Source: Diadema antillarum
Taxonomy: Eukaryota
DNA length: 64,000 nucleotides
Reading direction: 5' to 3'
Assembly (NCBI RefSeq): GCF_040938485.1
Contig: NW_027271205.1
Location: forward strand, 124,001 to 188,000
Shown here in pieces: positions 22,302 to 34,127 of this stretch (positions are counted from its first letter, which is position 1; each line of letters starts with the position of its first letter). Under the pieces are notes generated by a model. That model saw nothing but the letters and a program-made list of their open reading frames with translations. It had not been told where the DNA came from and did not search any database. Position numbers and translations under genes: made by a program.

Positions 22302-24544
22302 TATATATATATATATATATATATCAATCAATAAATGTGAATTTTCGGAGGAGGATGGAAGTGATACAGGAGACAAGAGTTTGATGAGTAATGATCAATG
22401 AAAGACACAACATTACCAAATCAAAATTAGCTAACAAAAGATGCTTCAAAGTATCAAAATGGGCAAAACTTTGCACAAACCAGGTAATCTTTTTATTGCA
22501 GAAGCTTCAATTACATACAATAGTTAGCTAGACAAAGGTTTGCAGGGCAGGTACATTATGAAATTCCACTTCTGTTTTACTCACTATTTTTCTCATTTTT
22601 TACCTTGATACATTTATTTTGCACTTTTCCTTCATTCAGTTATTGGCTAACACCTTTGTTGCTTCATTGCATACAGTATAACCTGTACTTGACTTCTGTG
22701 TATTTATTATACATGTATAGATACAGAGAAGTCAACAATTTTTGGAGGTGACACAGAACACAAGGACTTCTTGAGGTAACGTGTTCTACATCAGAATAAT
22801 ATGTGTATCTCTTCATATCGAGTGCAAACAAAATAAAGAAAGGCATGCAACATATCGAAGGCGTGAATACATGACAACAATAAAGACTTGTATAAAGACT
22901 ACTTGCCATTAATCTCCTTCACACAGTGTAGCCATGGTTATGATTAACATGTTGAAAAATCAATTTTGTGAACACATTATATAATATACTGTCAGTGTAT
23001 ATGCAGTGCAGTAAGTAAATACAACAAACCATAACATGACCAGAAAGTGCTGCAATATATCAGTTACAAAAACATTACTTTCGAAGTCAAACAGTTCCAG
23101 ACAAACATGCCAATATTCTGAAAAATACTGTATGTACACATAGTGTATCTGGATGTTTTACACATTGTATGTTGTTGTTTGTGAAATTGAGGTATTATGT
23201 TCATGAACTTGAAGATCATGCAGCAATTTAGACACCAGAAAAATACAGACACTAAATAAAAGTAAGTGATACATATGACCAAAGTACAATTATGAGTCAG
23301 TTATTAGTACATGTACATCATGGTTCCTTTGACCAGTCCTATGGAGACAGACTTGGAAAACATTTGCATGGATAACTGGTAAATTCAAAACAAATATCAC
23401 AGCTACATGATATCTAAACCGTTTCAAGAAATCTAATCCATTTCAATTTGTTTGATGGATGATTCAACCAGAAGGAAAATCTATATTAAGGATGAAAAAA
23501 GCATTAAAAAAAAAGAACTATTTGATGTCATCTTCTTTTGTAAAATGAAACTACAGTAGAAGTTATTGGTCTGTTTGAGATGAGACAAATTCTCAAGGTA
23601 TGAACTCTTTGCAAGCTAGGAACTGTAGCAACAGAAGGGAGTAAAGACAATCTGAATTGCCTTCTTTTTCTCTAGTGCTCTTGTGAGATTGTAAAATCCT
23701 TGATGGTGGAAGCCTTTGAGAAAATGAGCAGCAACATTGTGCAACATGACAACTGAGGAACACTAACCAGTATATTTATTTGATGCACTTGTGCTGGACA
23801 AATTTCTTACAATCTTACTGGCTATGGTGCTGTTAATATCTGTCTACATCTTCACTCCTTTTATTTGGCCATTTTTATGGAAGATATTTTCCTCCTTGCA
23901 ACAACAACACTCAATATTGCAACAGATCATGACAATTTGCCTTACATCAACATACATGTACATAAGCACTGAATCAATCAGTGTTTTAGTAGTAGCCATG
24001 ATACAAATTCATGAGCATACAAGGTTGGGCTGGATTCAAACAAGCAACCCCCTGATCACCAGACAGGCATCTTATCCATTGCCCATCACCATGATATTTT
24101 TTTTATCATAGTCAATACGAAAACACTGATTAATTTGGTGATTAAATATTTATGTCCATGTAGGCCAATTTGTCAATCAGTTGCATTAAAAAAATGCAAG
24201 AATTTCATTGATTTGAACACTCAACATGCTTTCAGTTTATAGATCAAATAGTTATTTACTGACATGCTGTCTTCTGTTTCTGTTTAAGTCCAGCAGTATT
24301 GCATCTTTCACATTTTTTTAAATCTAGACATTCATACTGGCAAGGAAGGGAAAAATTACATTCATATGCAGCTTGTGGTGACACGTATTCCTGAGATAAC
24401 TTCATTGTCAAAATTTAGTAATTCAAGCAAGATGTACTTTTCAGCATACTTTTTAGTTATCCAAGGGGGATGAATTCTATCTACAATACATTCATTTATT
24501 TTTTACTCTCACTTGTACAAATTTAGTGTCTTATAAGTCACTTT

Positions 24545-24997
24545 AGCTGTGGTCACACTGGCAAAAGATTGAGAAGTTTAGAATTGCTATCTTTTTGCCA
24601 GTGTGGCCAAAACTTCCTGTGAAACTTCTTGCGAAACTTCCCACTCAAACTGGGGATGTTTCCCGGACCCCCGCCAAACCTCTTGATCTTTTGCCAGTGT
24701 GAACGCTAGAAACTGAAATACGATCTTTGCCACGTGAACAATCCATCCTCTGTGTTTGGGCAGTGCCTAAGAAGCGCACAACTATTGTAATGTACAGGTA
24801 TCCATTGTTATATCACAATCACTAGCCATTGGACTGCATACTATACTCTTCCTTCTTCTTTGCACATGCGAGCCAGTGAGCCAAACTACTCGTTCCAAAG
24901 ATAGAAAAGTTTGGTTGCCAGTGTGAACAGACGACCAAGATCGTGAAGACTTTGTGATCTATAAATTTCTCGGTCTTTTACCAGTGTGACTACGACT
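24545..24997. mobile_element. PIF/Harbinger-like MITE
   Basis: TIR AGCTGTGGTCACACTGGCAAAAGA / TCTTTTACCAGTGTGACTACGACT; internal repeats of TTGCCAGTGTG; TTT on both flanks. Confidence 0.65.
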
Positions 24998-25610
24998 TTT
25001 AGGTTGACAGCACGGACCATGCTTTCTTTGTTGCTATTGTAATCACGTCTATGAGCGTATACTTCACAGAACATCTAGGATTAGGATGAGATGAGATTAT
25101 TACCCCTTGTTAACAGCCGGTGCATAACTTGGCTTTCTGTCACTTACCCAGTACCTACTCTCCAAATTGTTCTATGGTTCCAGAAGAAAACAAAGGGGTT
25201 ACCCACTCTAACTGTCTTGTAATACCCTATTCACAATGCTGAGAGAAATGAGACAAAAGTGAGAAAAACAAAAGAAAAAGGCACAAAAATTATTCATCTG
25301 GTGATGTCAACTTACCTCAAATATAGTGCAAATAATTTTCACTCAACAGTAGATATATAATGTACTCTTAAATGAATCCCACAAGGATTGGAGCAATCAT
25401 CCCTCAGCATTCCCACTGATTCCCACTGATCGGTTACAAGCCATCCCCTTTAAACTCAAATCAGATTATCTGTGCTCAATGATGTAGCATAGTGTATTAT
25501 TTTACTATGACAAATATTCTTTCTTTAATATGTATTTCTTATCAATGTGATGGTATACACTGTAGTTGTCATAATTCTGCAGTATTGCTAATATTACGCT
25601 ACTCTTTTAC

Positions 25611-25995
25611 AGGGATAGTACAGTATTGGTGGCGATGAGGATTGGGCTTTTAACTTTTTGCAAGATACCAAAAAAAAAAACCACTTATGAAATAGTACAG
25701 AGCATACCATTTTCAGAGGAAATCAAAGTTCATTAGATGAAAATCGGTTTTGGAATAGCTGAGACATCCAAAAGGAAAGTAAAACAAAGCAATCCTAATA
25801 AAAGATGGGTCCCACCTTTTATTAGGAATGCTCTGTTTTGGATCTCAGCCATTTCAAAACCGATTTTCATCAAATAAATGTTGAATCCCTCTTTGAATTA
25901 CACGCTCAATCATATTTCATGAGAGGTTTCTCATTATGTCACCAAAAAATGTTAGAAATCTGAAGTTAGGTCTCAACCGAAACTATATGCTCCCT
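25611..25995. mobile_element. Kolobok/T2-type MITE, copy 3 (opposite orientation to copy 1)
   Basis: AGGGATAGTACAGTATTGG ... AACTATATGCTCCCT-TTAA; left TSD reads TTAC; same palindromic core. Confidence 0.78.
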
Positions 25996-26139
25996 TTAAT
26001 GCTACATGAGTGTCCTGTTGAATCATCATCACGGTCACCAATTATTATCATAATCACCATGATCACAATCAACATCATATCATCATCCTCATCGTCATCA
26101 TCATCACCAACATCACCATCATCACCATCATCACCATCA

Positions 26140-26442
26140 CAGAGACTCCAACCCCAAGCACCTTCTGATCTGGAGATTCTCCCGCCTGAAACCCTTAGCA
26201 AACGGGAGACTCCAACTTGATGTGTGCGAAGCGCGAAATTCCCATGGTTCTAGATGCTCTCTGGTGCTATCTACGGCTTACTTTTTCAACATACGATAGA
26301 AATAAGTAAGAAATCCTTTCCAACGGGAGACAAAGAGCCAGGGCGGGAGAAATTAAATCTCAAACGGGAGAACGGGAGATTTTGCAAATATGGGTTTTCG
26401 GCGGGAGATCTCCCGTCGAAAACGGGAGAGTTGGAGTCTCTG
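26140..26442. mobile_element. Small TIR element (hAT-like MITE) within a (CAT/CAC)n microsatellite
   Basis: Perfect 13-bp TIR CAGAGACTCCAAC / GTTGGAGTCTCTG and repeated CGGGAGA motifs. The TSD is ambiguous because of the flanking microsatellite. Confidence 0.7.
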
Positions 26443-27338
26443 CCATCATCACCATTCACCATCATCACCATCACCATCATCACCATCATCATCATCATCA
26501 TCATCATCATCACCATCATCATCATCAATTTCTCCATTGGACACTCTGGTAAACCTATCTTAAAATCCAAACACCGGCCCCCTTAAAATGGTTTGGTACC
26601 AGAGACAACCTGCATGTACTCAGTGACATAGAAATTCTGAGTTTATTAACCCTCCGACTGTCAAACCACACCCATCTATTCACACACACAAACACACTAC
26701 CTCTATAACACAAATCTCCTCCCCTCTGAACAAGTTAGAACCTCAGAACTATGCTCTTCCCCTCTTTTCTTCAACAAATATCAAGCTTAAACAACCTAAA
26801 ACACTTTCTGGAAAAGTGTATACCCCAACTACCTAATGAAAATAACACTTCTGTCACCCTAGAGGGTGAAGATTTTAAAAGTCATAAAACCTTTTTTTTA
26901 ATCAATTTTTTTCTCTGCTTGTTCTTTTTGTTGAATAAAGGGAATTAGTAGTGAGGTGAATATAATACAAGATACTTATATCTGGAAAAAAAATAAATGA
27001 CAATTCCCAGCTTAACTGAAACTTTACAACAAATGACAGAGTGACGTTGTGTTAAAGAGGTCAGATAAAAAATACAGACCTCCTAGAACGAGGTGAGTTT
27101 GCAGGTCCCAACTCTTAACATTTCTTTGTTTTTGTATCCTGACATAGTAAGAAACCTGACATAGCAAGGTAATTGCCGTGGTTTTTAGGTCCTCTTTATA
27201 ACGAGGCTCCCGTGTATTAATTTAAAGATTTGTGATGCATGAAAAATGAAGTGTTCCACAATTAAGTGTGCAAAAACCTCATAACAAAGAGGTCAGATAG
27301 TTTATATGTTAGATAGCTTTAGGTCCTTGTTATATAAA

Positions 27339-27676
27339 AGGGATGGTATAGTATTGGTTGAGGTGAGAATTCAGCTTTCAACTCTTTTTCAATATACTAA
27401 AATGCCACAATTCTAAGAGAAGTTTAATGTTTATTTGATGGAAATCAGTTTTGAAATGGCCAAGATATCCAAAAACAAAATATTAATTAGGATTGCCTTG
27501 TTTTGGCTATCTCAGCGATTTTAAAACCGATTTTCAGCAAATCAACTTTGAAATCCTCTTACAATTATATGCTCGTTTACATTTCATAAGATCTTTCTCA
27601 ATAGTATCTTACAAAATCATCATCAAAAGACGTTAGAAACCTCAAGCCCTATCTCAACCTAAACTGTACCATCCCT
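27339..27676. mobile_element. Kolobok/T2-type MITE, copy 4 (degraded TSD)
   Basis: AGGGATGGTATAGTATTGGTTGAGG ... CCTAAACTGTACCATCCCT; shared core. Confidence 0.72.
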
Positions 27677-27754
27677 TTGAGGTTCCCCTATATCAACATA
27701 CACTGTAAAGATACATTTGTGATGCATGAAAAATGAAGTGTTCATTGATTAAAT

Positions 27755-28482
27755 GGGTGATTTCAAGTTCGGTGCTAGTGCTAGTGCTAGTGCTAGCCCC
27801 CAAATAACAGCGTTAAATCGAGCTCCAACACCGACGGTCAGATTAACGAGGCGATACCGATCAAAATTATCGATCACCAGCACTAGGTGTTGGAATCACA
27901 GCACCGCGAGCTCCGCGGTAATTGCGCGACGAAAAAAAGTGATTGCGCGTGATTACAGTAAAATATTAAAAGATGTAGACAAAATTGCTCAGTTTTAGAG
28001 ACATAGTGAGGAAGACAGATTAAAATTCCACAAATTTCATCCACTCCCCTAAATACAACTATCTTAAATTTGCTCCCAGGCTCGGATTTAGAAAGCCATG
28101 TCGAGAGTGTTCGTGTACGTTACGTGGGCGACCACTGCATTAGCATAGACTTTGCACGTAAAACGTGCAACTACTTATGGACGTACATAAGAGTCTCGTA
28201 CGGCAATGCTAACACCAGCACCGAACTTGAAATGACGAAAATGATAATCCCTAGGGGCTAGTGTTAGTCAATGGCGAAAAAGCACGTAAATCGCTAACAC
28301 AAACGGCGGAGCTCGGTTCAGCAGACGACATTCAACACCGAGCCCAGCACCAACTACCGGAAATACGTCATAATTTTGAGGTCAACTCCCAACACCGACG
28401 TGATTTCAAGTTCGGTTTTATCGCCGGTGTTAGTGCTGAGATAGCACTAGCACTAACGCTAGCACCGAACTTGAAATCACCC
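27755..28482. mobile_element. Harbinger-like MITE with internally duplicated TIRs
   Basis: TIR GGGTGATTTCAAGTTCGGTGCTAG / CTAGCACCGAACTTGAAATCACCC, with extra TIR copies at ~28217-28239 (reverse) and ~28400-28417 (forward). Confidence 0.78.
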
Positions 28483-31400
28483 AGTGTGCAACAACCCAAT
28501 ACAATAGGCGGACACCTTGTGATATGATGTGCATTGAATGATGGCTTTATTAGTATGAAAACACAAGACAAAGAGTTCTACTTCGCTAGTCGACAAATAG
28601 CAGTACAAGTCAACATGGAACACGAGACAGAAAAAAATGTGGCAATTACATCACAGAAATGGTGAGAAATGAAGCTAATTCTGATGGCACTTGCACACCC
28701 GTGGCACCAGTTCACGGTGGGGGGCATAAATTATATCAACACCTCTGAGTTATCTACATGAACAAGCGCAGACTCTGCCAATAATGGCAGAATAGAAGAA
28801 AAAATCTGCCTGTTCTCTCCGTTACAACTGGGCAGCAGTACAGTATCCTCAATGTTTTTTGCGAATGTCTTTACAGACAAATTCCTTGGTCCTCGCCTAA
28901 TATGCAGTGTCTGCTGGCAGCATGCTAACTAGTAACAAACTCCTTCATCTTTTAAACAAAGGTGTTGGAGTTTTGTGTGTGTGTGTGTGTGGCCAGAAAA
29001 ACATTTTTGACAGCATTACAATCTCTACAGCAGATTATCACACACCACCACGACATTCACTGGTGTGTTTGTGACTTGAATGAAATAACTGATGACACAA
29101 GTCTATTTTGTTTGTCTCTTCTGACCCAAAGTATGACGAGAATAGATTAAGTGTTACTACATTCAATAGTCTCAGTCTTCACCCTGTGACAAAACATTAC
29201 CAGTATTCTATTTGGGGCTCACTGTAGATTTACTAAATAAAGGGCATGATGGGGTAGCATAATTTTCTCTCTATGAATTTTGCAACTCCTAAAGTAGTTC
29301 ATGTCATCTATAAAATACCCTGGCATATCTTTGACAGAAATAGGAATTGCCGTCTTCATTTCTTGAAATTGGACTGGGCTGGAAGATGGAAGGAGGGAAG
29401 GGTTTCCATAGAAACAATATGTTTGGTAGACTGTAATAGGATTTCTGGAGTTTAAGTGCCATACACATGGAACTCTTCAATTCAAAGTTTTTTTACACTA
29501 ACATTTCACATGGACATCACTCGCTTCCAGCGTTACAGTGGCTAAACAATGCTGCCAGCTCTCACAAAGTCTGAAAACGAAATATTCAAGGAAAACTTTA
29601 ACTCGCACCGTCTCAAGCAACCAAATTCAACACATGCTTCTTGTCGACACCAGATGCCACTTGAAATGAAAACGGGGGGAAATTTTTGGAGGAAGAGAAT
29701 GCTATGTGAAACTTGCACATGACAGTGAGATATCTGACATTCTCCAAAAACATAAAAAAACGCATGTCATTAAGGGACAGGGATGGCTATTGACTGAAAA
29801 AACTTGTTCGATGCTAGTAAGATGTTGTGTGTAGCCTGGACATTAAATCCAGTGGATGTTAGAAATAGTCTTCACAGGGTTATGAAGTCATTACTCAAGA
29901 AATCTTCTGTTTTGTTTTGTTTTCCAGGACATAATTAATGATGATGGCATGGTAATTTCCTAATGTGTTTTGGTTCGAGGATGATCTCCCGGTCTAGAGA
30001 CTCACTCAGTGTCACTCTTTTGATGAATAACTCACATTTTTTACTATGTTTACACACAATATTAAAAACTTGACTTGAGTGTTTGAATTTCATTTTGCAC
30101 ATTTTTTAACACTGTTTTATATCTTATTAAAAACAGGGAGAAATCAAAGGGGATGGAAGGCATTTTATTCTCAAGAGGCCTCAAAACGGCACACAAATAA
30201 CAAGATGAAAAAGTTGGACGATATTAAAAATGAAATACCATACACTGACCGCATCCTGAACAAGGTACATTTAAACGGGACTGCCTGAAGAATGAACAGC
30301 TACAGGGCCTAAGAGCAGGCTCCAACTATATGTACACAACTTAGAAAGAGATCTATATGTACCATAAATGAATACTCGCTACGGTGTTTATAATTCATAC
30401 GCTACAAAGTTTCATAATTCTACAGCATCTAAGCTGTGCGTGTCAAGTCAACGATTAAAAAGGTGGTCTACATTATGAGTAATACCTGCGTCCTCACACC
30501 TCTTAAAAACTTGCCAAAGGTTTGGAAGATAAAAGGAGAAAGTAAGGACAAAATAAAGGAGAGTGACATAGATATGTGTCTAGTTAGAGACACAATTAAA
30601 TGACCATCACAGATGGTAAAATACACTTTTGTTTGTTGCAGGGTACACATCCTACAGCACAGAAGTTGAATACATGATATGCGATATATTTCTTCTTTCA
30701 TTTTCCCAATTTTTTTCTCTTTTTTTTTTCCTGGATGTTCAGGGAATAAATACAAAACTGTTTCAAGTAATCCCCAAGTTAATTTATGGCAATAAAAGGC
30801 CTGTAACTCTCAAAACTTGTCTCATCTTGTCGTCTGTTGATTTTCCAAAATCAAACCACCTTCATCACGAATAAATTTCATGAGTGTAAAACATCAAAGA
30901 TCAATTGGAATCAACATTTGACAAGTTTGCTTGAAGCAGTGTTGATGTAGGCCAACAAATGTATTTCTTTAACACAATTTTCGGGAGCATTCGTGCACAT
31001 CAAATCCAAATATTTGGTGTAAGCTCTCAACTTGCATACAACACATAAACCGTGAGCTCAAATAGAACCATTGCAAGAAGTAAAGATTGAGTGAAATTCT
31101 GCAAATATGGCAGGAGATCAGTGAATTGGCATCGTGTAACTTTGAGCACATTTGAATATTCATGTAAAAATTCTGTACAGCCATTCAATACCTGTCCATA
31201 CAGTCTGCATTCTGGATGTGATTTGTAACCCAATGAGCTACCTAATAACACAATGTGTAACTCGACATCTCAGAAATATAAATAAATGTTACACATTCTA
31301 GTTAATCACTGGGCAAAAAATTGGGTTCATATCCAAATGGTGATTACCCAATGATTGCAATTGTTACAAAGAAGAATGCATGCAGTAAACCCTCTTTTCA

Positions 31401-32678
31401 TGTGAAAGTTGGTAAATAGAATAAAAACATTTAGTAAAGGACAAACCAAAGACACAGAAGGCATAAAAAATAACCCCACCTTCTAGCAACAGCTGGTAGT
31501 ACACGGTACTCAATTCACTTCGGTGCTGCAAAGCTCTTTGTTATAAACACTTTGACAACAACAAAATAAGGTGCAGCTATCTTACAAAGGGCCGCTCATG
31601 ACCAACAAGTGTCACGACAATCTAAGAAGAAAAGCGAAGAAAAAAATTTAAAAATGAATAAAATTCTGAAAAAGTGGATAATATAGCAACAGGCTGGTTT
31701 CTACATATGTAAATTTGTACTTGGAATATCTGTACATGACCCCGAGATCTGACTGCTCCCATATAAAGGTGGCACAACGACTCCTGTGCATCTAGAAATC
31801 GTCTCTACAGGAAATGATGCTACTGTAATGATTCTGCCGATGACCTGTGTGAGCAGTGACAAAAAGGTGGTAGTGGCCCTTTCCCTGTAACACAATCCTC
31901 CGCCATCCTTCTCTACCTGCCCTGCCCTCCGCCCTTTCTCCACCCACTATGGATGTTTCCATGGTAACGCATCATTAATTTCTGATTCATCCGCAAAGGT
32001 TGATCTGCCTACTGGCCCGATATAGAAATCTCCTTTCCTCTCATCCCTGCATCTTGATTCTGACAGCATCACGTTACTCCGGGAGCCAAACTCCTCCTCC
32101 AATCAATCATCACTCTTTCTCTCACTACAAAGCCCATCTTTTGGGGATACTGGGGGCGATCAAAGCATCCTCAAAATAAGACTCAAAGTTTGTTTACATT
32201 CCATTCATCCAAGCCGTTGCACAGAGAGTCATGTTTGAGACTGCACATGAAAATTGTGGAAAATATGCCATGACATTTTCTGTCAATCAAAATCCAGTTC
32301 ATACTTTTACAGCTGATTTGTGTAGGTCATAAGCGATAACTTTTCATGCAACACTACCCTCTGAAATCATCAATGGCAGAGAGCTTCAGGGGTCACTAAG
32401 CAGATGCAACCACAGGTTCCTGACAGCAATCACGTTTGGCACATCTCTGCAACACACCAGTTGCATAATCAGAAGAGATTGGTCACAACCACAGGATATC
32501 AATGCATTTTCTCCATACCCATGATCTTTGCTTGGCTGATAGCTAGAGTCCAGGCCAGATGTTTGCTTCTCATTTCTGCGATGAATTGCACCGCCTGATA
32601 ATCCAACAGGGATCGGCTCATCAACTGGGCCTTTTGTGACAAGCATGGTCATCCTAAATAGCACTCGTTACACACACT

Positions 32679-32685
32679 CGCACGC

Positions 32686-32717
<32 letters not shown>

Positions 32718-32765
32718 ACACCTACACACACACACACACACATGCAGACATATACAGACACACAC
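32679..32765. repeat. (CA)n microsatellite in the presumed CARM1 3' UTR
   Basis: Direct reading. Confidence 0.9.
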
Positions 32766-33026
32766 AAATGGATGATCAATACGTCATAACACACTACCAT
32801 CATACCCCTCCTCCTTGCTCACCCCTCTGCCTGAACTCCTCTTTCATTCTCAAAGGAACTCTCCTAAAGCCAAATCTGCATGTTGTTGTTTTTCTATCAT
32901 GGTATCTGTACATCTATCTAGTAATGCCATCCAACCTTCTCTCCATCCAACCTTTCCTCCATCCAACCTTCTTTCCATCCAATCTTCCCTTTCCCCCTTC
33001 CCTCCCTCCCGCGAGCTCTACATGAA

Positions 33027-33376
33027 TTAGTTCATTTGTGTCCCGTATTTGGTGTGCTGCTGCTGCTGCCCCCGCCCCCCGCCGTACATCCCCCCGCCCA
33101 GCTGATCTACCATCATGTGGCTGCGGCCGCCGCCCGTGCCGTGCCGGGCCTGGGACATGTGCGGCTGACTGGCACCCGTCTGCTGCTGGTGGTGCTGGGG
33201 CTGGCCCGGCTGGTTGCTGCCGGCCTGGTGGTACTGATTGGAGGTGGTAGAGGAGGAGTTGCCGAAGCATAGCGACGTCATGGCCTGGCCCACGGAGGAA
33301 GGGATGGGGACGGTGTACTGGCGCTGCGTGAGGCCCCCCGGGAGCACAGTACTGTGGGCGATGGGATCTGTGTTGG
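33027..33376 (-). CDS. CARM1: CARM1 terminal coding exon: (A)NTDPIAHSTVLPGGLTQRQY...GGGMYGGGRGQQQQHTKYGTQMN*
   Basis: cccaccctcacAG acceptor gives G|CC = Ala, so the join reads NLVPI-ANT (human NNLIPL-ANT). GC-rich open frame to TAA at 33027-33029. The distal sequence is lineage-specific and low complexity. Confidence 0.8.
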
Positions 33377-33849
33377 CTGTGAGGGTGGGATAAAAGGCTA
33401 ACATGTCACTGCAAGTTTTGTTCTCAGATGAATATTCATAAATTGCAGAGTTCATGAAGGTGGTCACATCAACACCTTTCACACGAGATATGCCTAGCAT
33501 GATGTTGCAATGATAGCTATCCTGTACCAAAAAAACAAAAACAAAAGTACAACCATCATTTACGTTTTGAACAACTTCTGTGCAACTTTTTTTTTTCTCA
33601 TCAAAGAGAAAAGATGTTGGTTTACAAGCAAATGTGAAGATGAAATTCTACAATGCATACTCAACTTTTGGCCCTATTGCACAGAACAAAATAATAGTTT
33701 ATATAATTACAAATATTTATATCGCGTCTACAGCAAATATCTTCCTGGCTTTTACTTTTATATTGTTATTTCTACCCGTCGTAAGTATACATTATTTCCA
33801 CATTCTTTTTTTTTTTAAAATGGGCTATCCACTTTTGACCACTACTCAC

Positions 33850-34127
33850 CAATAGGTACTAGATTGGACTGGACAACCCCCGTGTTGAGGATCTGACCGT
33901 TGCTGTAGCCATTGCCCAGCGTGGAGGTGCCAGTGGTGTCCATGCCATTGGTGGCCCCGCCCAGCTGGTTCCAGTAGCTCTCGGAGGGCGAGGCGGTGTG
34001 GCTGCCGGCCGGTACCATCACCTGCTGACCGGTGTAGTGGAAGAGGGGGTTCTTGAGGTCCAGCCGGTTGGTGGACTTCACCCCCGAGCTGGGCGACTCC
34101 AGCTCCAGGTCTATGTCATAGCTCTGC
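33850..34127 (-). CDS. CARM1: CARM1 exon: (R)QSYDIDLELESPSSGVKSTNRLDLKNPLFHYTGQQVMVPAGSHTASPSESYWNQLGGATNGMDTTGTSTLGNGYSNGQILNTGVVQSNLVPI
   Basis: cctacAG acceptor and GTGAGT donor, 278 nt, phase 2 to 1; QSYDI...LDLKNP.F.YTG...GSH..SPSE..W conserved. Confidence 0.95.

Noticed and set aside
24024-24090. Degenerate tRNA-like A and B boxes on the minus strand
   Set aside because: Too decayed for a tRNA gene (no cloverleaf); at most an old SINE head.
25936-26586. Poly-Ile, poly-Met, poly-Ser and poly-Asp ORFs (also at 53291-53476 and 62264-62547)
   Set aside because: Trinucleotide microsatellites.
32914-33272. Overlapping alternative-frame and antisense ORFs over the last CARM1 exon
   Set aside because: Expected shadow ORFs of GC-rich low-complexity coding sequence; no independent splice or homology support.
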